Made by a program: the position numbers and the translations under genes
NCBI GenBank assembly: GCA_050257045.1
Contig: JBLMWD010000118.1
Location: 34,356 to 98,355 of the forward strand
Source of the DNA: Bacteroidota bacterium
GTDB taxonomy: Bacteria > Eisenbacteria > RBG-16-71-46 > SZUA-252
DNA length: 64,000 bases
Direction: 5' to 3'
Notes under the pieces: generated by a model
What the model was told of the DNA's origin: nothing
Database searches by the model: none
Seen by the model: the letters and a program-made list of their open reading frames with translations, nothing else
Shown: positions 56,032-64,000 of the stretch, in pieces
Layout of the letters: each line of letters opens with the position of its first letter
Numbering within the stretch: position 1 is the first letter of the stretch

Positions 56032-57316
56032 AGTCCTCGCGGCCCGGATGGCGGACGCCCGGGCGCGCACCGACGAGATCTTCAAGATCGTGAGCCCCGA
56101 CGCGCTCTACGAGCGGGCCATTCCCGAGCGCCACCGGCTCGCCTTCTATCTCGGACACGTCGAGGCGTTCGACGGCAACCTGCTCCGGCAGGCCTGGGAC
56201 CTCGCCTCGTTCAATCCTGTCTACGACAAGCTCTTCGCCTTCGGCATCGACCCCGTCGACGGCGCGCTCCCGAGCGAGGCCGCCGAGGTCTGGCCGCGGC
56301 CCGAGCCGATCCGGTCGTACAACGGCCGCATCCGCGAGGCCGTCGATGAATGCCTCGCCGGCAAGCGCCCGCTCGCCGCCGGGCACGACGCGGCGACGAT
56401 CCTCAACATGGCGATCGAGCACCGCCTCATGCATGCCGAGACGCTCGCCTATCTGATCCATCAGCTCCCCTACAAGGTGAAGCACGGGAAAGGGGATCCC
56501 CCCGCGCCGAAAGCCGCGGCCGGGGATCTCACGCGGAAGCTCCGCATCCCCGCCGGGAAGGCGACGCTCGGTCGGACGCGCTCGTCCGGCGTCTTCGGCT
56601 GGGACAACGAATTCCAGGAGAAGGCTGTCGACGTGCCGGCGTTCGACATCGATGCCCACAAGGTCACGAACGGCCAGTTCGAGAAGTTCGTCGAGGCGGG
56701 CGGCTACGAGAACAAGTCGTACTGGACCCCCGAGGACTGGGCCTGGAAGGAAGAGCAGAAGCTGAAGCATCCGTTCTTCTGGTCGAAGAAGGGCAAGGGC
56801 TGGAAGTACCACGGCATGTTCGCCGATTCCGATCTCTCCCCGAATGCGCCGGTTTACGTGAGCCACGCGGAGGCCGCCGCGTACGCGCGCTGGACCGGCC
56901 GCGCGCTCCCGACCGAGGGGCAGTTCCACCGCGCCGCCTACGGCACTCCGACGGGCGAGGAGCGCGAGTATCCGTGGGGGAACGAGCGCCCGGCCGAGAA
57001 GCACGGCAACTTCGACTTCCACCGCTGGGATCCGACGCCGGTCGGGTCGTATCCCGCGGGGGCGAGCGCATTCGGCGTGCAGGAGCTGGTCGGAAACGGC
57101 TGGGAGTGGACTTCGTCGGTGTTCGAGCCGTTCCCGGGCTTCGAGGCGCACCCCTTCTACAAGGGCTACTCGGCCGACTTCTTCGACGGGAAGCACTACG
57201 TGATGAAGGGGGGCTCGCCCCGGACCGCCGCGTGCATGCTGCGGCGGAGCTTCCGGAACTGGTTCCAGCCGCGCTACCCCTACGTCTACGCGTCCTTCCG
57301 CACGGTCGGAGTGTGA
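55997..57316 (+). CDS. egtB: Ergothioneine biosynthesis sulfoxide synthase EgtB (DinB_2 + FGE-sulfatase domains)
   Basis: N-terminal DinB_2 (HRLAFYLGHVEAFD...EHRLMHAETL) plus C-terminal FGE-like (GWDNE...YVSHAEAAAYARWTGRALPTEGQF...WEWTSS). 439 aa. Confidence 0.9.
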   Translation: MTSTLRSSETPEVLAARMADARARTDEIFKIVSPDALYERAIPERHRLAFYLGHVEAFDGNLLRQAWDLASFNPVYDKLFAFGIDPVDGALPSEAAEVWPRPEPIRSYNGRIREAVDECLAGKRPLAAGHDAATILNMAIEHRLMHAETLAYLIHQLPYKVKHGKGDPPAPKAAAGDLTRKLRIPAGKATLGRTRSSGVFGWDNEFQEKAVDVPAFDIDAHKVTNGQFEKFVEAGGYENKSYWTPEDWAWKEEQKLKHPFFWSKKGKGWKYHGMFADSDLSPNAPVYVSHAEAAAYARWTGRALPTEGQFHRAAYGTPTGEEREYPWGNERPAEKHGNFDFHRWDPTPVGSYPAGASAFGVQELVGNGWEWTSSVFEPFPGFEAHPFYKGYSADFFDGKHYVMKGGSPRTAACMLRRSFRNWFQPRYPYVYASFRTVGV

Positions 57317-58311
57317 CGCGCGGGAGCGGCGGCGGAGCGGGGCGCGCCGCTCCCGGCACCACCGGGGGGCTCGACGCCGGGCTGATCGCGGCGATCCGTG
57401 CCGGACTTTCGGGGCCCGGTCCGAAGACCCTCCCGCCGGCCCTCCTCTACGACGAGCTCGGGACCGCGCTCTTCGACGCGATCAGCGCGCTTCCCGAGTA
57501 CGGGCTGACGCGCGCCGACGAGCGGATCCTGCGCCGGCACGCTCCCGCGATTTCCCGCGCGATGGCGACGCCGCTCCTCGTGGCGGAGCTGGGGAGCGGG
57601 AGCGGACGGAAGACGCGCTGGATCCTGGATGCCCTCGCCTCGCGGCAGACCACGCACTACTTCCCCATCGACATCTCCGACACCGCCCTCGCGCGCTGCG
57701 CCGCCACGCTCGGGAAGCTTCCCGCGGTCCGATTCGACGGGATCCACGCCGATTATCTGGCCGGCCTTGCCGAGGTCGGCGCGCGGCGGCTCCCCGCGCA
57801 TCAGCTCCTCGTGCTCTTCCTCGGAAGCACGATCGGCAACTTCGAGCCCGATGCGGCGCGGAGCTTCCTCCGGTCCGTGCGCGCGACGCTGAAATCGGGC
57901 GACGCGCTGCTGCTCGGGACCGATCTCGTGAAGGCGGGACCGGTCCTCGTGCGCGCCTACGACGATCCGCTCGGCGTGACCGCCGCGTTCGACAAGAACG
58001 TGCTCGCGCGGATGAACCGCGAGCTGGGCGCCGCGTTCGACCTCGGCGCGTTCCGTCACGAGGCGCGCTGGCACGAGCGGGAGCGCCGGGTCGAGATGCA
58101 CCTCGTCGCGCGCCGCGCGGGCGAGGTCGTCGTGGCGGGGCTCGATCTGAGGGTGTCCTTCCGCGAGGGCGAGAGCATCTGGACCGAGAGCTCCTACAAG
58201 TTCGACCCCGAGGACGTGGTGAAGCTGGCGACGGCCGCCGGATTCGAGGTCGAGTCGCAGTGGACGGACGAGGAGTGGCCGTTCATCGAGTCGCTCCTGC
58301 GGGTGGAGTAG
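57313..58311 (+). CDS. egtD: L-histidine N-alpha-methyltransferase EgtD
   Basis: GTG start overlapping the egtB stop (GTGTGA). LLYDELGTALFDAISALPEYGLTRADERIL...ELGSGSGRKT...FLGSTIGNF are EgtD/methyltransf_33 motifs. Confidence 0.85.
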   Translation: MTRGSGGGAGRAAPGTTGGLDAGLIAAIRAGLSGPGPKTLPPALLYDELGTALFDAISALPEYGLTRADERILRRHAPAISRAMATPLLVAELGSGSGRKTRWILDALASRQTTHYFPIDISDTALARCAATLGKLPAVRFDGIHADYLAGLAEVGARRLPAHQLLVLFLGSTIGNFEPDAARSFLRSVRATLKSGDALLLGTDLVKAGPVLVRAYDDPLGVTAAFDKNVLARMNRELGAAFDLGAFRHEARWHERERRVEMHLVARRAGEVVVAGLDLRVSFREGESIWTESSYKFDPEDVVKLATAAGFEVESQWTDEEWPFIESLLRVE

Positions 58312-58315
58312 CGGG

Positions 58316-58684
58316 ATGCCGCGCCAGACGAACGATTACCTGCTGCGCCAGACCCGCGCGCTCGCGGCCATGCTGGCGCGGATCGCGGGATTCCGGGTCG
58401 CGGGCGAGGTCGAGGAGGCGCGGGACGAGCTCGAGCAGGCCTACGGGTTGCTGCTGGGGCCGCAGACCGATCTCGTGCGGCGGCTCGATCCTTCGACTGC
58501 AGCCGCCATCATGGGCTCGCCCGACCGGATGCTGCTGATGGCGCGATTGCTGGAAGAGGAGCGTCTGCAGGGTGGGGACGAAGCGCTCCACGCGCGCGCG
58601 GTCGCGCTCGTTCAGGAAGCGCTCCGGCGCGAGGCGGACAACGAGGATGCCAAGGCACTGCTCGTCGAGCTGACCACTCGCTGA
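58316..58684 (+). CDS. Small hypothetical helical protein downstream of egtD
   Basis: 122 aa starting 5 nt after the egtD stop. Protein-like composition (MPRQTNDYLLRQTRALAAMLARIAGF...). No family recognised. Confidence 0.35.
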   Translation: MPRQTNDYLLRQTRALAAMLARIAGFRVAGEVEEARDELEQAYGLLLGPQTDLVRRLDPSTAAAIMGSPDRMLLMARLLEEERLQGGDEALHARAVALVQEALRREADNEDAKALLVELTTR

Positions 58685-58696
58685 CGGAGCCGGAGC

Positions 58697-59899
58697 TCAC
58701 CTCTCCGGCGCGATTTCTCCCAACTCCCGAACGGCCCGCTCGAGCTGCTCGTCCTCGAGATACGGCGCCGGACCCATCCGAAGAAGCTCCCCACGGTAGT
58801 CCGTCCATACCGCCCGCTGTCGCAGCCTCCTGCAGACGTCGGCCGCGTGCGGGCTTTGGAGCGCGAGGAAACCGCCGATCCGATGGAGCGGAGTCGAGGC
58901 ATCACGTGCGATCCGGCGTCGATCCAGATCGAGCTCGTCGAACCGTTTCGCAAGCAGCCCGACCTGATGACGGCTGATCTCGCGAAGGCGCTCGGGCGTG
59001 AGTTTCTGCGCCTCGAAGAAATCGAACACGCGCGCGGCGCGGTAATGGCTGGTCGGATCGTACGTCGCGCCGGCCCAGCGGTCGGGGCCTTCGGCATAGG
59101 GCACGCGTCCGGCCGCGCGCCCGGTCAGGTGCGCGAACTCCCCAAACCAGCCGGTGATCAGCGGACGGTAGTCGCGGGCGTGGGACGGGACGCGGAGGAA
59201 GCAGTTTCCTTCCCCGAGCTGGCAGTACTTGTAGCCGCCGCCCACGACGAAGGCTTCTCCGAGCCCCTCGCCCTCGAGCGAGAACGGCACCACGTTCAGG
59301 TGGTGGTAGGCATCCACCAGGAGCTCGGCGCCGTGACGACGGCACGCTGCCGCAACCGAGCCGAGGCCGGGGACGATGGCGGCATTGCTGAACAAGACCG
59401 ACGAGGCCAGCACCGCGGACGTGCGTCCATCGACGACAGCGACGAGACGCTCCGCGATGGCGTCCGGCGGATCGACGGAGACCTTCACGACCTCGAGCAG
59501 CCGGTCCTCGGCGAGGCGGTCGAGCTGGCGGCGGATCGAGTGGAACTCGCCGTCGGTGGTCACGAGGCGCGGCCGCTCGCGGAGCGGGAGCGCCGAGAGG
59601 AAGCGGACGACGAGCTCGTGGGTGTTCGCGCCGAGAGCGACCTCCTCGGGGTTGCCACCGAGGAGCCGCGCGAAGCCGCGGCGCACGCGATCGGCCTTCT
59701 CCGCGGCGCGGCCCCACTTTTCGTCCGCCAGCTCCGCGGCGTCGTTCCAGGCCTCCACCTGCCCCTCGAAGGCGACGTCCGGCCAGGCCTGGTGGGAGTG
59801 ACCGGTGAGGAGAATCCGCTCGGAGACGCGGAAGCGCGTGTAGTGGCGGGCCAGAGCCCCCGGCGAGCCCTGCGAGCCGGAGATCACATCAGCTCCCAT
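58697..59899 (-). CDS. kynU: Kynureninase (PLP-dependent, aminotransferase class V fold)
   Basis: ILLTGHSHQAWPD..., class-V fold motifs. Located directly downstream of kynA in the same operon. Confidence 0.7.
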   Translation of the reverse strand: MGADVISGSQGSPGALARHYTRFRVSERILLTGHSHQAWPDVAFEGQVEAWNDAAELADEKWGRAAEKADRVRRGFARLLGGNPEEVALGANTHELVVRFLSALPLRERPRLVTTDGEFHSIRRQLDRLAEDRLLEVVKVSVDPPDAIAERLVAVVDGRTSAVLASSVLFSNAAIVPGLGSVAAACRRHGAELLVDAYHHLNVVPFSLEGEGLGEAFVVGGGYKYCQLGEGNCFLRVPSHARDYRPLITGWFGEFAHLTGRAAGRVPYAEGPDRWAGATYDPTSHYRAARVFDFFEAQKLTPERLREISRHQVGLLAKRFDELDLDRRRIARDASTPLHRIGGFLALQSPHAADVCRRLRQRAVWTDYRGELLRMGPAPYLEDEQLERAVRELGEIAPER

Positions 59900-59932
59900 T
59901 CGTGGACGTGATCCGCCTCCTCCGGATGCAGC

Positions 59933-60715
59933 TCATAGTTCCGTCCGAATGGTCCAGAGGTCGGGGAAGAACGGCTTGTCGAGGGTCGTCTTGAGGTAGG
60001 CCGCGCCCTCCGATCCGCCCGTCCCCTGCTTCGCGCCGATCGTCCGCTCCACCATCTTCACGTGGCGGTAGCGCCACTCCTGCATTCCCTCGTCCAGGTC
60101 GACCATCCGCTCGCAGAGCGACGAAGTCATCGGGTCCTTGCGGTAGACCTCGATGAGGACGCGGTGGAGCTCCGGCGCGGCAACGACCGGCTTCGTCACG
60201 TCGCGACCCAGGAGCTCGAGAGGCACGTCGTAGCCCTGTGCCGTGAGATAGCGCAGGAACGCGTCCCACACCGTCGGCTCGGAGGCGCGCCGCTCGAGGC
60301 GCTTCCGCGCGTCGCTCCCCTCGGGATAGCGCGCGAGCGCCGCGTCGCTCCGCATCCCGAGCAGGAACTCGAGCTCGCGAAACTGGAACGACTGGAACCC
60401 GCTCCCCGACTCGAGCCGCGCGCGGAAGGTGAGGAACTCGAGCGGCGTCATCGTTTCGAGCACGTCGATCTGGGCGACCACGACCTTGAGGATCGTGAGG
60501 ACGCGCTTCATCGTGTGCAGCGCGCGCGGCAGGTCGTTGGCCGCGAGGCGCCCTTTCAGGTAGTCGAGCTCGTGCAGCATCTCCTTGAACCAGAGCTCGT
60601 AGACCTGGTGCACCACGATGAAGAGCGTCTCGTCGTGCTCGGGTCCTTCGGAGAGGGGCTGCTGGAGCGCGAGGAGCTCGTCCAGTTTCAGGTAGCTGCC
60701 GTAGGTCACCGCCAT
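59933..60715 (-). CDS. kynA: Tryptophan 2,3-dioxygenase
   Basis: SYLKLDELLALQQPLS...DETLFIVVHQVYELWFKEMLHEL...FRELEFLLG...YRHVKMVERTIG are the conserved TDO motifs, including the heme-ligating His region. Confidence 0.85.
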   Translation of the reverse strand: MAVTYGSYLKLDELLALQQPLSEGPEHDETLFIVVHQVYELWFKEMLHELDYLKGRLAANDLPRALHTMKRVLTILKVVVAQIDVLETMTPLEFLTFRARLESGSGFQSFQFRELEFLLGMRSDAALARYPEGSDARKRLERRASEPTVWDAFLRYLTAQGYDVPLELLGRDVTKPVVAAPELHRVLIEVYRKDPMTSSLCERMVDLDEGMQEWRYRHVKMVERTIGAKQGTGGSEGAAYLKTTLDKPFFPDLWTIRTEL

Positions 60716-60746
60716 CGCGCCTCCTTGGGCGACCGCCCGCGCTCCG

Positions 60747-62999
60747 TCAGGAGAAGCGGGGGCGGTACTGGTTCAGCGATTCGTAGGGATCCGGCCACGG
60801 CAACGCGTATCCGAGCTCGAAGGCCGCGTGCCGGGTCCAGTACGGATCCCAGAGGTGGGCCCGCGCGAGCAGGCAGAGGTCCGCCCGTCCCGCCGCGAGG
60901 ATCGTGTTCACGTCGGCGTACGACGAGATGTTCCCGACGGCCATCGTGGCGATCCCCGCCTCGTGGCGGATCCGGTCGGCGAACGGCGTCTGGAACAGGC
61001 GGCCGTAGACCGGGCGCTGGTCGGGCACGGTCTGCCCCGCCGAAACGTCCACGATATCGCAACCCTTCGCATTCAGCATCCGCGCGACCTCGACCGAGTC
61101 CTCCGGCGCCATGCCGCCGGGCTTCCAGTCGACGGCGGAGATGCGGACCGACATCGGCCGCTCATCGGGCCAGACCGCGCGCACGGCCGCGAAGACCTCG
61201 AGCGGGAAGCGCATCCGGTTCTCGAGGGAGCCGCCGTATTCGTCGGTGCGGAGGTTCGTGAGCGGCGAGATGAAACTCGCGAGAAGGTAGCCGTGCGCCA
61301 TGTGGATCTCGAGGAGATCGAATCCGGCCTGCACCGCCCGACGCGCCGCGTCCGTGAACTGATCCCGCACTTCGTCCATGTCGGCACGGGTCATCTCGCG
61401 CGGGGTTTGGCTGTGCGGAAAGTACGGGATCGGCGAGGGGGCGATGATCGGCCACCCTCCGTGCTCGAGCGGCTCCGCGTCGCCCTCCCACGAGAGGCGG
61501 GTCGAGGCTTTCCGCCCCGCGTGGCCGAGCTGCACCGCGATTTTTGTGTTTTGCATTTTGTGTACAAAATCCACGATGCGCTTCCACGCTGCGGCATGCG
61601 CGTCCGACCAGAGCCCGGCGCACCCCGGCGAGATCCGTGCCTCGGGGCTCACGTCGGTCATCTCCACGAAGACGAGACCGGCCCCTCCGACGGCGCGCGA
61701 GCCGATGTGGACGAGGTGCCAGTCGTCGGGCATCCCGTCCACGGCGGAGTACTGGCACATCGGCGAGACGACGACCCGGTTCGAGAGCACGAGGTCTCGG
61801 ATCCGGAACGGCGTGAACATCGGCGGGGGCGCGGGGTGGCGCGGAACGGGCTTCCCCGACTGCTCCTCGGCCTCCTCCGCGAACCACGTGTCCACGCGCT
61901 CCGTGAAGCCGGGGTCGCGCATCCGGAGATTCTCGTGCGTGACGCGCAGGCTGCGCGTGATCAGCGTGAAGGCGAACTGGAGCGGCTCGAGGCTCATGTA
62001 GCGCTCGGTGTCCTCGAACCACTGCAGCGAGGCCTGGGCCGCGCGCTGCAGGCTCTCGACGGGCGGACGCCGCGCCGCCTCGTAGGCGGCGAGCGCGTCG
62101 GGGATCGACGGCTCCCGCCGGAGCGCCTCGACCAGGGCCACCGAGTCCTCCATCGCAAGCTTCGTCCCCGAGCCCACCGAAAAATGCGCCGTGTGCGCGG
62201 CGTCCCCGACCAGCACGATGTTCCGCCACGACCAGCGCTCGTTCCGGATCGTCGGGAAGCTCCGCCAGATCGAGCGGTTCGCGAGCAGCCGGTGGCCCGC
62301 GAGCTCCTCCGCGAAGAGCCGCTCGCAGAAGGCGAGCGTGTCGGCCTCGCTCGCGTCCGCGAGCCCCGCCTTCCGCCACGTCTCCTCGCGCGCTTCCACG
62401 ATGAACGTCGAGCGGTCCGGCTCGTACTGGTAGGCGTGCACCCGCCAGAGGCCGTTCGCGTCATTCTTGAAGTAGAACGTGAATGCCGGGAACGGCTTCG
62501 TCGTTCCGAGCCAGACGAACTTGTTCGGCCGGACATCCACGACCGGACGGAAGTGCTCGCGATAGCGCTCGCGCACGGGCGAATTCACGCCGTCGGCTGC
62601 GAGGATCAGGTCGGCGCCGTCGAGCGAGGCCGGGTCGGCCACCTCGCGCTCGAAGCAGACGTGCACGCCGGCCTCACGGCAGCGGCCGGCGAGGACTCCG
62701 AGGAGCGCCGCGCGCGAGAGCCCGGAGAAGCGGTGCCCGGTCGAGGTGATGGTCTCGCCGCGGTAGTGGATCTCGATGTCGTCCCAGCGGTGGCACCGCG
62801 CCGACGTCGCGGCGGCGACCTCGGGGTCGGCGACGGCGAGCGCCTCCTCGGTGGCGTCGGAGAAGACGACGCCGAAACCGAACGTGTCGTCCGGGCGGTT
62901 CCGCTCGTAGACGGCGATCTCGTGGCGCGGATCGGCGCGCTTCAGGAGGAGCGCGAAGAAGAGCCCGGCCGGCCCGCCGCCGATGACCGCGGCCCTCAT
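60747..62999 (-). CDS. Fused FAD-dependent aromatic monooxygenase + Old-Yellow-Enzyme-like NADH:flavin reductase (2-aminobenzoyl-CoA monooxygenase/reductase-like)
   Basis: N-terminus [19 protein letters not shown] (FAD GxGxxG), DG/GD motifs of class A flavin monooxygenases. C-terminal half [26 protein letters not shown]...[17 protein letters not shown] is the OYE TIM-barrel. ATGA overlap with the upstream acyl-CoA dehydrogenase. Confidence 0.75.
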   Translation of the reverse strand: MRAAVIGGGPAGLFFALLLKRADPRHEIAVYERNRPDDTFGFGVVFSDATEEALAVADPEVAAATSARCHRWDDIEIHYRGETITSTGHRFSGLSRAALLGVLAGRCREAGVHVCFEREVADPASLDGADLILAADGVNSPVRERYREHFRPVVDVRPNKFVWLGTTKPFPAFTFYFKNDANGLWRVHAYQYEPDRSTFIVEAREETWRKAGLADASEADTLAFCERLFAEELAGHRLLANRSIWRSFPTIRNERWSWRNIVLVGDAAHTAHFSVGSGTKLAMEDSVALVEALRREPSIPDALAAYEAARRPPVESLQRAAQASLQWFEDTERYMSLEPLQFAFTLITRSLRVTHENLRMRDPGFTERVDTWFAEEAEEQSGKPVPRHPAPPPMFTPFRIRDLVLSNRVVVSPMCQYSAVDGMPDDWHLVHIGSRAVGGAGLVFVEMTDVSPEARISPGCAGLWSDAHAAAWKRIVDFVHKMQNTKIAVQLGHAGRKASTRLSWEGDAEPLEHGGWPIIAPSPIPYFPHSQTPREMTRADMDEVRDQFTDAARRAVQAGFDLLEIHMAHGYLLASFISPLTNLRTDEYGGSLENRMRFPLEVFAAVRAVWPDERPMSVRISAVDWKPGGMAPEDSVEVARMLNAKGCDIVDVSAGQTVPDQRPVYGRLFQTPFADRIRHEAGIATMAVGNISSYADVNTILAAGRADLCLLARAHLWDPYWTRHAAFELGYALPWPDPYESLNQYRPRFS

Positions 63000-64000
63000 G
63001 GCCGGGCCTGCAGCACCTGTCCCGCGATCACGAGTCGCTGGATCTCGGTCGTCCCCTCGTAGATCCGGAGCGCGCGCACGGCTCGATACAGGCGGTCCAC
63101 CGGGTGGTCCGCCATCACGCCGCGCGCGCCGAGGATCTGAACCGCCTCGTCCACGATCCGCTGCGCCGCCTCGGTGGCGAACGACTTCGCCATCGCGGCC
63201 TCCATCGTAACGCGCTCGGCGCCGTGGTCGGCCTCCCAGGCGGCGCGATAGACGAGGAGGCGCGCCGCGTCCAGATCGGTCGCCATGCGCGCGATCTTCT
63301 CCTGGACGAGCTGGAACTCGGCGAGCGGCTTCCCGAACTGCGCGCGCGAGCGGGCGTGGCGCGCGGCCTCGTCCAGCGCGCGCGCGGCCATGCCGCAGGC
63401 GGCGGCCCCGACCGTGGCCCGCATACGGTCGAGCGTCTTCAGGCCGAGCGCGAACCCGCGCCCCTCTTCGCCCAGGAGGTTCGCCGCGGGCACGCGGCAC
63501 TCCTCGAACGCGATCGCGCCGAGGGGATGCGGCGCCGACAGGACCTGCGCTCCCGAAAACCGCAGCCCCGGCGCGTCGGCCGGAACGAGGAACGCCGAGA
63601 TCCCCTTGCCTCGCGCCGCGGGATCGGTGGAGGCGAAGACGACGTAGAAGTCGGCGATTCCCGCGTTCGAGATGTACGTCTTAGATCCGGCGAGGACATA
63701 GTCCTCGCCGTCGCGCCGCGCGCTCGTGCGAAGCGCGGCCACGTCCGAGCCGGCCTCGGCCTCGGTCATGGCGAACGCGGCGATTGCGCGCCCCGCGATC
63801 GCGTCCTCGGCGAAGCGCGCCCCCGCCGGCGTACCGGTCTGGAGCAGCGGCAGCGTCCCGAGCCCCTGAAGCGCAAAGACCGCGTCGGCGAGCGGGCTCG
63901 CCGCGGCAAGCGCCTCGCGCGCGATGCAGCAGGCGCGCCAGTCGCCCTGACGGATGGGCTCGAGGAGCCTCGCGCCGCCGAGCAGGCCGAGGATCGCGCG
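62996..64000 (-). CDS. Acyl-CoA dehydrogenase (C-terminal part; gene continues beyond window end)
   Basis: [48 protein letters not shown]...[15 protein letters not shown] are ACAD middle and C-terminal domain signatures. Upstream in-frame sequence continues to the window edge. Confidence 0.8.
   Translation of the reverse strand, partial: RAILGLLGGARLLEPIRQGDWRACCIAREALAAASPLADAVFALQGLGTLPLLQTGTPAGARFAEDAIAGRAIAAFAMTEAEAGSDVAALRTSARRDGEDYVLAGSKTYISNAGIADFYVVFASTDPAARGKGISAFLVPADAPGLRFSGAQVLSAPHPLGAIAFEECRVPAANLLGEEGRGFALGLKTLDRMRATVGAAACGMAARALDEAARHARSRAQFGKPLAEFQLVQEKIARMATDLDAARLLVYRAAWEADHGAERVTMEAAMAKSFATEAAQRIVDEAVQILGARGVMADHPVDRLYRAVRALRIYEGTTEIQRLVIAGQVLQARP

Noticed and set aside
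56350-57312. N-terminal 320 codons of the 653-aa plus-strand ORF that ends at 58311
   Set aside because: Upstream of the GTG at 57313 the frame is out of frame with egtB and translates to Arg/Pro/Gly low complexity. Only the egtD portion (57313..58311) is real.
61540-61575. AT-rich stretch tttttgtgttttgcattttgtgtacaaaatcc resembling a promoter or insertion scar
   Set aside because: It lies in frame within the fused monooxygenase/OYE gene and simply encodes ...[12 protein letters not shown]... with AT-rich Lys/Asn/Gln codons. No frame disruption.

Overview
The window is about 70% GC bacterial chromosomal DNA and is densely coding. About 50 protein genes are supportable; no rRNA, tRNA or CRISPR is visible. 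The gene content fits an FCB-superphylum organism, possibly Gemmatimonadota-like. Supporting this, three large surface proteins end in the canonical T9SS type-A C-terminal sorting domain, one protein carries a PEP-CTERM signal, and there are TPR-rich membrane proteins. Many long ORFs in the track (5..982+, 5386..8436-, 29666..37009-, 42665..45313-, 19620..21926+, 50554..52941+ and others) are Arg/Ala/Pro-rich and are treated as GC-driven artefacts antisense or out of frame to real genes.

Genes in order:
- GAF-domain protein (partial, minus).
- YbaY-like lipoprotein fused to a META domain.
- SDR reductase, overlapping by GTGA a TMTC-like GT-C/TPR membrane glycosyltransferase.
- Thiolase plus DUF35 Zn-ribbon pair.
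- PadR regulator plus HAAS-type membrane protein.
- HTH regulator divergent from a DoxX-like protein.
- YVTN beta-propeller protein; secreted TPR protein.
- EamA/DMT transporter with a His-rich tail.
- Lipoprotein with three ~100-aa W/Y-rich repeats.
- GlsB/YeaQ stress protein.
- YceI, a Cyc2-like fused monoheme cytochrome-porin, and a cytochrome c lipoprotein.
- RlpA; a beta-helix protein; DinB-like protein divergent from a LOG protein; small OMP barrel.
- Hanks-type Ser/Thr kinase with TolB-like propeller, divergent from a 2492-aa S8 subtilase that has four ~430-aa repeat modules and a T9SS C-terminal domain. The subtilase has a textbook TTGATT-N17-TATAAT promoter.
- FG-GAP propeller protein with T9SS C-terminal domain.
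- Dpm1-like GT2, GTGA-coupled to a second TMTC-like GT-C/TPR protein.
- Lipoprotein with 2x(SbsA-Ig + PKD) plus beta-helix plus Gly-rich tail.
- M48 peptidase; lipase-like hydrolase; YihY.
- Cadherin-like 6-repeat protein with T9SS C-terminal domain.
- ATP-dependent DNA ligase; PEP-CTERM protein.
- QAT-family ABC transporter (ATPase plus fused SBP-permease), translationally coupled to egtB-egtD for ergothioneine synthesis.
- Tryptophan to anthranilate to 2-aminobenzoyl-CoA catabolic operon: acyl-CoA dehydrogenase, fused 2-aminobenzoyl-CoA monooxygenase/reductase, kynA, kynU.

Most interesting candidates:
- The Cyc2-like porin-cytochrome module.
- The Ppm1/Pmt-like glycosylation pair embedded in an island of cadherin-like/Ig surface proteins.
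- The egt-linked ABC transporter.
- The giant repeat protease.
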